Part shown: piece by piece, positions 48,366 through 56,019 of the stretch
Numbering within the stretch: the first letter of the stretch is position 1
Layout of the letters: each line of letters begins with the position of its first letter
Source of the DNA: Shigella phage ESh33
Sequence record: ON528743
Direction: 5' to 3' (one strand)
DNA length: 64,000 nucleotides
The notes under the pieces: model-generated
Told to the model about the DNA's origin: nothing
Seen by the model: only the letters and a program-made list of their open reading frames with translations
The model's database searches: none
Made by a program: the position numbers and the translations under genes

Positions 48366-48586
48366 TGGCAAAGATAATTATTGAAGGTTCTAAAGATGTG
48401 CTAAATGCTTTCGCCGAGTGGTTTAGTAATTCAGGCGAACAGCAATTTAATGAAGCCTGGAATATGGGTGATATTGATGGAATTTATCCTACGACAGAAA
48501 TTTCTGTTCAAGGATATGGCATTCATGAACCTATTCGTTTAGTTGAATATGATTTATGCACTGGTGAGGAAGTCAAATATGATTGA
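48365..48586 (+). CDS. hypothetical protein (73 aa)
   Basis: TAATG overlap with previous gene. Confidence 0.55.
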   Translation: MAKIIIEGSKDVLNAFAEWFSNSGEQQFNEAWNMGDIDGIYPTTEISVQGYGIHEPIRLVEYDLCTGEEVKYD

Positions 48587-48845
48587 AGATATTAAAGGTT
48601 ATAAGCCGCATACCGACGAAAAAATCGGTAAAGTAAATGCTATTAAAGACGCTGAAGTTCGTTTAGGACTTATCTTTGATGCTTTATACGATGAATTTTG
48701 GGAAGCATTTGATAGCTGTGAAGATGATGAACTCGCGAAGAATTACGCCGAAAGCCTCGATCAGTTAACTATTGCTAAAACGAAACTCAAAGAAGCCAGT
48801 ATGTGGGCTTGCCGTGCTGTGTTCAAACCAGAGGAAAAATACTAA
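48579..48845 (+). CDS. hypothetical protein (88 aa)
   Basis: ATG 48579 with RBS GGTGAGGAAG; track start 48543 is an upstream extension. Confidence 0.5.
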   Translation: MIEDIKGYKPHTDEKIGKVNAIKDAEVRLGLIFDALYDEFWEAFDSCEDDELAKNYAESLDQLTIAKTKLKEASMWACRAVFKPEEKY

Positions 48846-49123
48846 TGGCTCAATTAAGCGCAGGGTTTGGTTATGAGTATTATACTGCACCTCGTCGTGT
48901 ATCTGCCGCTCCTAAGAAAATTCAAAGTCTTGATGACTTCCAGGAAGTAGTCCGTAAAGCTTTCCAGGACTATGCACGCTATCTTAAAGAAGATTCACAG
49001 GACTGTCTCGAAGAAGATGAAATTGCTTACTATGAACAGCGTCTTGAACAGCTTAAAAACTTACATGAGGTTCGTGCAGAAGTTTCAAAGTCTATGAATA
49101 AATTGATTAGATTTAAAGAATAA
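48845..49123 (+). CDS. hypothetical protein (92 aa)
   Basis: TAATG overlap with previous gene; track start 48803 is GTG. Confidence 0.5.
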   Translation: MAQLSAGFGYEYYTAPRRVSAAPKKIQSLDDFQEVVRKAFQDYARYLKEDSQDCLEEDEIAYYEQRLEQLKNLHEVRAEVSKSMNKLIRFKE

Positions 49124-49126
49124 CTG

Positions 49127-49155
49127 TTTACTTTTCCTCTTGACTGTGGTATAAT
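49127..49155 (+). promoter_or_regulatory. sigma70-like early promoter for regB
   Basis: TTTACT-17-TATAAT with TG extension. Confidence 0.65.
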
Positions 49156-49182
49156 TTTTCTATCAGTTAAGAGGAGAATAAC

Positions 49183-49644
49183 ATGACTATCAATACAGAA
49201 GTTTTTATCCGTCGAAATAAGCTTCGTCGTCACTTTGAGTCGGAGTTTCGTCAAATTAACAATGAGATTCGTGAGGCATCAAAAGCAGCAGGGGTCTCAT
49301 CGTTTCATCTAAAATATTCTCAGCATCTTCTTGATCGTGCAATTCAACGGGAGATTGATGAGACATATGTTTTTGAATTATTCCACAAAATAAAAGACCA
49401 TGTTTTAGAAGTTAATGAATTCCTGAGTATGCCTCCGCGTCCTGACATTGACGAGGATTTTATTGATGGGGTTGAATACCGTCCTGGACGTTTAGAAATC
49501 ACAGATGGAAATCTTTGGCTTGGATTTACAGTTTGTAAACCTAATGCGAAGTTCAAAGACCCGTCACTTCAATGTAGGATGGCAATTATTAACAGTCGTC
49601 GTTTACCAGGAAAGGCTTCTAAAGCAGTAATTAAAACTCAATGA
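49183..49644 (+). CDS. regB: site-specific endoribonuclease RegB (probable)
   Basis: 153 aa, same length as T4 RegB; RBS GAGGAG behind a perfect sigma70-like promoter (TTTACT-17-TATAAT); position near tk and denV consistent with T4. Confidence 0.6.
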   Translation: MTINTEVFIRRNKLRRHFESEFRQINNEIREASKAAGVSSFHLKYSQHLLDRAIQREIDETYVFELFHKIKDHVLEVNEFLSMPPRPDIDEDFIDGVEYRPGRLEITDGNLWLGFTVCKPNAKFKDPSLQCRMAIINSRRLPGKASKAVIKTQ

Positions 49645-49651
49645 GGTAAGC

Positions 49652-50197
49652 ATGAGAAAAGCACTACTCGCTGGTCTATTGGCCATTTCAATGATGGCAC
49701 ATAGCTCCGAGCATACTTTCAGTAATGTCCAACTCGATAACATGCGTTACGCGTATCAATTCGGGGAACAGTTTTCTAAGGATGGAAAATATAAAACACA
49801 CAAAAATATCCACAAGAGCGGATTAGGTCATATAATGGCTGCTATTTTATGGCAAGAAAGCTCTGGCGGAGTTAATTTAAAATCTAAACCAAAGCATCAC
49901 GCCTACGGAATGTTCCAAAATTATTTGCCTACTATGCGAGCAAGAGTTAAGGAACTTGGTTATAATATGACCGATGCTGAAATAAAAAGAATGTTGAATA
50001 AACGGTCCAATTCAGCTTCCTGGGCGTACATTGAACTTTCTTATTGGTTAAATATACATAAGGGCGATATAAGAAAAGCAATATCCTCTTATAATTCGGG
50101 ATGGAATGTTAAAGCTGGTTCTAAATATGCTTCTGAAGTCCTAGAAAAGGCTAATTACCTTAAAAATAATAAACTTTTGGAAATAGTAAATGACTAA
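49652..50197 (+). CDS. secreted lytic transglycosylase-like protein (SLT domain)
   Basis: Signal peptide MRKALLAGLLAISMMAHS; motifs WQESSGG, AYGMFQ, SYNSG resembling family 1 lytic transglycosylases. Confidence 0.6.
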   Translation: MRKALLAGLLAISMMAHSSEHTFSNVQLDNMRYAYQFGEQFSKDGKYKTHKNIHKSGLGHIMAAILWQESSGGVNLKSKPKHHAYGMFQNYLPTMRARVKELGYNMTDAEIKRMLNKRSNSASWAYIELSYWLNIHKGDIRKAISSYNSGWNVKAGSKYASEVLEKANYLKNNKLLEIVND

Positions 50198-50537
50198 AAT
50201 TTTGGTTTTATGTATAGGATTAATTTCATTTTCTGCTTCTGCATCAGCAGATACATCATATACTGAAATTAGAGAATATGTAAACCGCACTGCGGCAGAT
50301 TATTGTGGGAAAAATAAAGCATGCCAAGCTGAATTTGCACAGAAATTAATATATGCATATAAAGACGGAGAAAGAGATAAATCAAGCAGATACAAAAACG
50401 ATACATTGTTAAAACGATATGCTAAAAAGTGGAATACCTTAGAATGTTCAGTTGCGGAGGAGAAAGATAAAGCCGCTTGTCATTCAATGGTTGACCGTTT
50501 GGTAGATTCTTATAATCGAGGATTGAGTACTAGATGA
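50190..50537 (+). CDS. secreted small protein (115 aa)
   Basis: N-terminal signal peptide MTKILVLCIGLISFSASASA; four Cys in mature part. Confidence 0.55.
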   Translation: MTKILVLCIGLISFSASASADTSYTEIREYVNRTAADYCGKNKACQAEFAQKLIYAYKDGERDKSSRYKNDTLLKRYAKKWNTLECSVAEEKDKAACHSMVDRLVDSYNRGLSTR

Positions 50538-51013
50538 TTGTAAAATATATCAAGGGCGATATTGTCGCCCTCTTTCTTGAAGGTAATATTATTGCGCATG
50601 GGTGTAACTGTTTTCATACAATGGGCAGTGGTGTAGCTGGTCAATTAGCAAGAGCCTATCCCAAAATTTTAGAAATAGATAAAACCACTACTGAGTACGG
50701 TTCTCGTGATAAATTAGGCGATATGTCTATTGTTTTTAAACATAAACCTAATGGTTTTGGCATATGTTATAACTTGTATACGCAATACGAACCAGGTCCT
50801 AATCTTGATTATGGTGCTTTAGTAAACTGCATGATAGAATTAAATCTACAGGCAGAAACCCTTTTGTTTAAACCAGTAATTTATATTCCACGCATAGGTT
50901 GTGGTATTGCTGGCGGTGATTGGGATAAGGTTTCTAAATTAATTGACATGTTTACTCCTGATATTGATTTAATAGTGGTGGATTATGAAAGTACATTACC
51001 CACATCCGTTTGA
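50534..51013 (+). CDS. macro-domain-like protein (putative ADP-ribose binding or hydrolysing)
   Basis: 159 aa; HGCNCFHTMGSGVAGQL and IGCGIAGGDWD resemble the two glycine-rich macro-domain motifs. Confidence 0.55.
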   Translation: MIVKYIKGDIVALFLEGNIIAHGCNCFHTMGSGVAGQLARAYPKILEIDKTTTEYGSRDKLGDMSIVFKHKPNGFGICYNLYTQYEPGPNLDYGALVNCMIELNLQAETLLFKPVIYIPRIGCGIAGGDWDKVSKLIDMFTPDIDLIVVDYESTLPTSV

Positions 51014-51197
51014 TCCTAAAAACAAAGTGGAAATTATTCGTCAATGGGAACGCATTTGTCGTACTAAATGTCCAATTAATAGTCCACATGATGTAGATAA
51101 AGACTACATTGGAACATTCGTTGAATATACCTTTATTGATAAGAAAGGTCGTAAACAACATGTAGAAGAATATTGCTTAAAGGTTACATGGTTATGA
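50985..51197 (+). CDS. hypothetical small protein (70 aa)
   Basis: ATG after GGTGG; overlaps 3' end of macro-domain ORF. Confidence 0.5.
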   Translation: MKVHYPHPFDPKNKVEIIRQWERICRTKCPINSPHDVDKDYIGTFVEYTFIDKKGRKQHVEEYCLKVTWL

Positions 51198-51400
51198 GCC
51201 AAACTAGTATTCTTAAAAATGCCCACTGTGAAAAGTGTAAGTGGCCGGTTGTTTTTGCTTTATGCAACGATGAAATGGCTTGTGATTTCGATTATTGGTG
51301 CTATTGTTCTAATAAAGGATGCATCAATCATAAAGGTGAAGGATTTTATTCAGGATTTTATCCTTATCCTGATTTCGTTAAAGAAGGTAAACCAAAATGA
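51188..51400 (+). CDS. Cys-rich small protein (70 aa)
   Basis: ATG 51188 after AAGG; 10 Cys in 70 aa (CEKCKW...CNDEMACDFDYWCYCSNKGC); track start 51173 is TTG. Confidence 0.5.
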   Translation: MVMSQTSILKNAHCEKCKWPVVFALCNDEMACDFDYWCYCSNKGCINHKGEGFYSGFYPYPDFVKEGKPK

Positions 51401-51576
51401 ATAGTTTTGAGTTACAATACGAAGTGTTACGTGAGCTTGATAATTTAATTGAACTCGCTGTTAATAAAGGTTTTGCCATTGGAATCGGTCAAAAAGATAC
51501 TGGTCATTTAACTATGGAAATATTTAAGCAAAAGCGAATTATTTTAAAACTCCTGGAAATTAATATACGAGTCTAA
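51397..51576 (+). CDS. hypothetical small protein (59 aa)
   Basis: ATGA overlap with previous stop; below track cutoff; followed by a 62-codon open frame without ATG. Confidence 0.45.
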   Translation: MNSFELQYEVLRELDNLIELAVNKGFAIGIGQKDTGHLTMEIFKQKRIILKLLEINIRV

Positions 51577-51761
51577 GTAAAGAACAAAAAGATAAATTGT
51601 TTGAGCTTATCCATGAACTTCTAGATGAGCATACAGAAGCAAACACCTTTTATGATGAATATGGCCCGCTATCTCCCGAACAGCAGGAAGAATTTGCTGA
51701 TCGGTTTGATAAGAAAGAAAACGAATTAATAGCTTATGTGAATACGCTTTAAGAAGGTGAT

Positions 51762-52343
51762 ATGGCGAGTTTAATTTTTACTTATGCAGCAATGAATGCT
51801 GGAAAATCTGCTTCTCTTTTGACTGCTGCACATAATTATAAAGAACGTGGAATGAGTGTATTAGTTCTTAAGCCTGCTATTGATACTCGCGATTCTGTCT
51901 GTGAAGTCGTTTCTCGCATTGGAATTAAGCAGGAAGCGAATATTATTACAGATGATATGGATATTTTCGAGTTCTATAAATGGGCTGAAGCACAAAAAGA
52001 TATTCATTGCGTATTTGTAGATGAAGCTCAGTTTTTAAAAACTGAACAAGTGCATCAATTGAGCCGAATTGTTGATACATATAATGTTCCTGTTATGGCT
52101 TATGGATTAAGGACTGATTTCGCTGGAAAATTATTTGAAGGTTCTAAAGAACTTTTAGCGATTGCAGATAAACTTATTGAACTAAAGGCAGTTTGTCATT
52201 GCGGTAAAAAAGCGATTATGACAGCTCGATTAATGGAAGATGGAACACCAGTTAAAGAAGGTAATCAAATCTGTATTGGTGATGAAATTTATGTTTCTTT
52301 GTGTAGAAAACATTGGAATGAATTAACTAAAAAGCTCGGTTAG
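51762..52343 (+). CDS. tk: thymidine kinase
   Basis: 193 aa; P-loop AAMNAGKSASLL; close to T4 Tk as recalled; RBS AAGGTG. Confidence 0.9.
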   Translation: MASLIFTYAAMNAGKSASLLTAAHNYKERGMSVLVLKPAIDTRDSVCEVVSRIGIKQEANIITDDMDIFEFYKWAEAQKDIHCVFVDEAQFLKTEQVHQLSRIVDTYNVPVMAYGLRTDFAGKLFEGSKELLAIADKLIELKAVCHCGKKAIMTARLMEDGTPVKEGNQICIGDEIYVSLCRKHWNELTKKLG

Positions 52344-52352
52344 TGCAAAAGT

Positions 52353-52360
52353 TATAAATA
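52353..52360 (+). promoter_or_regulatory. late promoter upstream of the 70-aa ORF and rI
   Basis: TATAAATA 26 nt upstream of ATG 52386. Confidence 0.55.
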
Positions 52361-52385
52361 GGTTTATCTAACTAAAGGGGTATAT

Positions 52386-52598
52386 ATGCTACAATTAACT
52401 GAAAAGCAACTTCGCAATCTTACTGTGCTTCAATTAGATGAAATTCGTAGGGAAGTTGGAAATATCATTTCAGCTTTGCGTCGAGAAGTATCACTCAACC
52501 AATCTCCGGCAGACTATACTAGATTGCGAAATTTTGAAAAATACCTTGATAAAGTTAAGGCCGTGCATCGGCATAAAGTAAATACAGGACAAAAATGA
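52386..52598 (+). CDS. small helical protein (70 aa), member of a ~60-aa paralog family
   Basis: RBS AAAGGGG; late promoter TATAAATA at 52353-52360; N-terminal LTEKQLRNL pattern shared with four downstream small ORFs. Confidence 0.55.
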
Positions 52599-52610
52599 TA
52601 GGAGGCCTTT

Positions 52611-52904
52611 ATGGCCTTAAAAGCAACGGCACTATTTGCCATGCTAGGATTGTCATTTGTTTTATCTCCATCGATTGAAGCGAATGTCGATCCTCATTTT
52701 GATAAATTTATGGAATCTGGTATTAGGCACGTTTATATGCTTTTTGAAAATAAAAGCGTAGAATCGTCTGAACAATTCTATAGTTTTATGAGAACGACCT
52801 ATAAAAATGACCCGTGCTCTTCTGATTTTGAATGTATAGAACGAGGCGCGGAGATGGCACAATCATACGCTAGAATTATGAACATTAAATTGGAGACTGA
52901 ATGA
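52611..52904 (+). CDS. rI: lysis inhibition regulator RI (probable)
   Basis: 97 aa with N-terminal signal-anchor MALKATALFAMLGLSFVLSPSIEA; adjacent to tk as in T4; RBS GGAGG. Confidence 0.7.
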   Translation: MALKATALFAMLGLSFVLSPSIEANVDPHFDKFMESGIRHVYMLFENKSVESSEQFYSFMRTTYKNDPCSSDFECIERGAEMAQSYARIMNIKLETE

Positions 52905-53287
52905 AATTCAGCGACTTTTCACAAAGTGGAAAACCTTCAAAGGCAGATGAATACTTGGGTTTATTAATGGCTGCACAAGCTTATTTTCATTCTGCACATT
53001 TTGAAACTAAAAGTTATGCTAGACACAAAGCATACGATTTTATTTTCTCCGAGTTGCCAGATTTGATTGACAAATTTGGTGAGCAGTATTTGGGGTATTC
53101 TGGTAGAAAATACACACCTTCAATTCCAGATGCTAGTAAACTTCCTACCGACACAATTAAAATGATTGATCGCATACTAGACCAATCTAACAGCATTTAT
53201 AAAGAAATGCCTCCAGCCATCCAAAGCACGATAGATGATATTACTGGAATGTTTTACCAAAGTAAGTATCTTCTTTCCCTCGAATAA
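52901..53287 (+). CDS. hypothetical protein (128 aa)
   Basis: ATGA overlap with rI; followed by terminator 53293-53316. Confidence 0.55.
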
Positions 53288-53292
53288 CATTA

Positions 53293-53316
53293 GTCTCCTT
53301 CGGGAGACTTTTTCAT
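53293..53316 (+). terminator. intrinsic terminator
   Basis: AGTCTCC-TTCG-GGAGACT then TTTTTC. Confidence 0.7.
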
Positions 53317-53324
53317 TTTACCGG

Positions 53325-53353
53325 TTTACTTTTCGTTTGAGCCGTGGTACTAT
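53325..53353 (+). promoter_or_regulatory. sigma70-like early promoter
   Basis: TTTACT-17-TACTAT, directly after terminator 53293-53316. Confidence 0.6.
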
Positions 53354-53381
53354 ACAACCATCGGATAAAGAGGAGAACATC

Positions 53382-53570
53382 ATGAAAATTGAAGCACTTA
53401 ATCAAGAAGGAAATATCTACGTCATCATTAATGGTGATTTTTTCGTCGACATGGATGAAGTTACTAGTGAAGAACTTGTAGAACTTCTTAAGAAACGTTA
53501 TAATATGTGTGATGAAGTTGCAACTCACATGGCGTGTGCAATATTCTCTCTTTCATATGTGGTGGAATAA
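53382..53570 (+). CDS. hypothetical small protein (62 aa)
   Basis: ATG 53382 with RBS GAGGAG behind early promoter 53325-53353. Confidence 0.55.
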
Positions 53571-53773
53571 TGATTAGTGTAGAGCAAGCGGATAAAATCA
53601 AGGAATTAGTGGCTTCAATTCGTAAAGCAGATGAGGAACTTAGTGACTTTGCTTGGTTTTCGTCAGGCATTGCAAATAAAGGTATTGATGAACTTGAAGC
53701 TAAAGTTGATAATGCTTTAGAAGCGTTAGATATGTTTCTTGATGAAATTATCGATCATAATACGAGAGTTTAA
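53570..53773 (+). CDS. small helical protein (67 aa), paralog family
   Basis: TAATG overlap; N-terminus [13 protein letters not shown]; track start 53534 is GTG. Confidence 0.5.
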   Translation: MISVEQADKIKELVASIRKADEELSDFAWFSSGIANKGIDELEAKVDNALEALDMFLDEIIDHNTRV

Positions 53774-53775
53774 GT

Positions 53776-53970
53776 ATGCTAACACGCGAACAGTTTGAAA
53801 AAATCATTAAATTAGCACGTGATATTGAAATAGATTCATATCAATTAGCAGTTGAGCATTGTGAAGGATATTCATACGACGGTATAGAAGCAGCTAAAAA
53901 GGATTTGGATAAATCTAAAGTTAAGTTAGTTCAATATCTTGAAATGATTAGGTGGAATAATGAAAACTGA
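53776..53970 (+). CDS. small helical protein (64 aa), paralog family
   Basis: N-terminus MLTREQFEKIIKL. Confidence 0.5.
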   Translation: MLTREQFEKIIKLARDIEIDSYQLAVEHCEGYSYDGIEAAKKDLDKSKVKLVQYLEMIRWNNEN

Positions 53971-54133
53971 AAAGCAGATGTTTTTAATGAAACTAATTGA
54001 AGAATATGCTAATGCAGTTTCTGACTATGAATGTTCTTCTCGGGAAAGAGGTACAGCTTTCGCCAAAGAAGAAATGAAAATCATGGTTGATGCTCACACA
54101 AAGCTTCAAAATTTTATTGAAAACGTCATTTAA
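53960..54133 (+). CDS. small helical protein (57 aa), paralog family
   Basis: ATG after GGTGG; N-terminus MKTEKQMFLMKLIEE; below track cutoff. Confidence 0.45.
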   Translation: MKTEKQMFLMKLIEEYANAVSDYECSSRERGTAFAKEEMKIMVDAHTKLQNFIENVI

Positions 54134-54136
54134 TGG

Positions 54137-54165
54137 TTTACAAGTTGGCAAGGTTATGGTATAGT
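54137..54165 (+). promoter_or_regulatory. sigma70-like early promoter
   Basis: TTTACA-17-TATAGT. Confidence 0.55.
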
Positions 54166-54193
54166 AATCTTGTCAACTGTCAAGGAGAAGAGA

Positions 54194-54298
54194 ATGAAAA
54201 TTTTGTTTGTTGTGTATGTGGTGATTCAATATAATTACCCAATGTTTACTTATAATCTGGTGAACAACATTATTGATATGATTCAGAGGAGTATGTAA
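54194..54298 (+). CDS. hydrophobic micro-ORF (34 aa)
   Basis: RBS AAGGAGAAG; MKILFVVYVVIQ...; TAATG coupling to next ORF; speculative. Confidence 0.3.
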   Translation: MKILFVVYVVIQYNYPMFTYNLVNNIIDMIQRSM

Positions 54299-54483
54299 TG
54301 ACAAGTGAGCAGGCTTTTAAATTAAGAGAATTAATTGAGACGTATAGTAAAGCTGTTCATACATCAACAATTATTGATGAATCAGCTTTCTCCGGACATG
54401 CTAACAAGATTAAATACAAAACTCTTATGGAAGAAGCTAAAGTAAATCTTGATTCTTATATTGAAACTTTAATTGGTAAATAA
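54298..54483 (+). CDS. small helical protein (61 aa), paralog family
   Basis: RBS GAGGAG; N-terminus MTSEQAFKLRELIE. Confidence 0.55.
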   Translation: MTSEQAFKLRELIETYSKAVHTSTIIDESAFSGHANKIKYKTLMEEAKVNLDSYIETLIGK

Positions 54484-54484
54484 T

Positions 54485-55027
54485 ATGAAAGCTGTAATTG
54501 AAACAACTGATTTGTTCGGTGACCTGGTTATCGAAAAACGTGATAATGTATACGTTCTGACGCAGGAAGACGATAGTATTACTATTCTTCCTATGGAACT
54601 GGCTGCGATTTTATCTTATGCTCCCTCAGGAGTTACCGGTGTAACTAATATTACAGGCGACCTCCAAGTTCGTTTTTATCGTGGCCTTTACGGCGGTAAT
54701 ATTGAAACTGAATTTATGTGTCTTTCTATCAACAATTGGGCAACATTCGTTGCCAAGGTGAAAGAATTCTTAGAATCTGAAACAGTCGAAACACCCGAAA
54801 AGGCTAAACTTCAATGGGCTAAAGATCGCGGTGCTAACATTATTAATCCAGTAGCTGCAAACTATACTACGACTTTGGATGTCAAGACTTCTTATGAAGA
54901 TGGCGATGTCGTACTTGTTCGCCAAAATGATGATTCTCGAGCACATATTGTCACATTTACCAAAGACGAAGCTATTGCGCTAAAGACTTATCTTGATTCT
55001 GTCATTCTAACTATGATTTCAAAGTGA
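54485..55027 (+). CDS. hypothetical protein (180 aa), paralog of 55034-55555
   Basis: ATG 54485; C-terminal FTKDEAIALKTYLDSV matches LSKSEAEAMIKYLTTV of next ORF. Confidence 0.55.
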   Translation: MKAVIETTDLFGDLVIEKRDNVYVLTQEDDSITILPMELAAILSYAPSGVTGVTNITGDLQVRFYRGLYGGNIETEFMCLSINNWATFVAKVKEFLESETVETPEKAKLQWAKDRGANIINPVAANYTTTLDVKTSYEDGDVVLVRQNDDSRAHIVTFTKDEAIALKTYLDSVILTMISK

Positions 55028-55033
55028 GGAAAT

Positions 55034-55555
55034 ATGTTTATTTCAAGTGGAAGTGGTTTAATTCGTGTTGAATTTAAAAATGACATCTTTCTTATTCAAG
55101 GAGATGATATTATTAAAATGAGTTATGACGAAATCAAGAAAATTTGTCATGCTCTTGAAAGTCATGGAAAAGTGAACGCTGTTATTGATATTGGCGATTT
55201 ATGGGTGACACTTTATGAAGTATCCGAAGGATTTAACATTGAAGATGAAAATAACATTTTAGCTATTGATAAAAGAAGTGATTTGTTTGATGTATTAAAA
55301 GTTTATGAACAGTCAAATGGCGGAAGAAAAGCTGCATTGATTTATCAAAAACCGCATTCATGTGGAACTGCTTCAATCATTTCAAATATTGAAGATGAAG
55401 TTGATACTTATATGTGTGTTTTAAAAGCTGGTGGTGACCGTCATCCGGATTTTATTTCTATTCGTCAAAACAATGGAGAAATTTCATTATCAAAATCAGA
55501 AGCTGAAGCTATGATTAAGTATTTAACAACTGTTACGCCTTCAATGAAAGGATAA
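55034..55555 (+). CDS. hypothetical protein (173 aa), paralog of 54485-55027
   Basis: RBS GTGAGGAAA; shared N- and C-terminal motifs with previous ORF. Confidence 0.55.
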   Translation: MFISSGSGLIRVEFKNDIFLIQGDDIIKMSYDEIKKICHALESHGKVNAVIDIGDLWVTLYEVSEGFNIEDENNILAIDKRSDLFDVLKVYEQSNGGRKAALIYQKPHSCGTASIISNIEDEVDTYMCVLKAGGDRHPDFISIRQNNGEISLSKSEAEAMIKYLTTVTPSMKG

Positions 55556-55557
55556 TT

Positions 55558-56019
55558 ATGATTATTAATGAAAACGCTTGGCACTATAAATTATTCAAAT
55601 TGTTTAACGATGAATGGCAACGACCTAAGACACTATGCGCATATTTTTGGTCTATTGCCATTCCTACATTTTTCGTTTCTATTTTTGGATGTGCTATACT
55701 CGTAGGGCTAACAATTATTTGTGCAGAAAGCCTACAACGTTGGCTTATTTTCGGTAGTTTATGGACTCTTATTCCATCAGCATTTATACTTGCCATTTTG
55801 TTTGTTTTACTTATTATTGGTTCATTTGTTATTCCTGCACAACTGCATGAAAAATATAAAGATTATAAATGGAAAAAGGATTATGCTTTACATGTAGAAA
55901 ATATTGATAGGGCGTATAAGGGTTTACCTCCTATTCAACCCAAGAAATCTATTATCGTCGAATTTTTAAAAGCGCGTAAAGCTAAAGTATGTCCTGTTAT
56001 TGAATATAAGGCTGAATGA
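55558..56019 (+). CDS. multi-pass membrane protein (153 aa)
   Basis: RBS AAAGGA; three or more hydrophobic helices; stop overlaps start of the nucleotidyltransferase-like gene. Confidence 0.6.
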   Translation: MIINENAWHYKLFKLFNDEWQRPKTLCAYFWSIAIPTFFVSIFGCAILVGLTIICAESLQRWLIFGSLWTLIPSAFILAILFVLLIIGSFVIPAQLHEKYKDYKWKKDYALHVENIDRAYKGLPPIQPKKSIIVEFLKARKAKVCPVIEYKAE

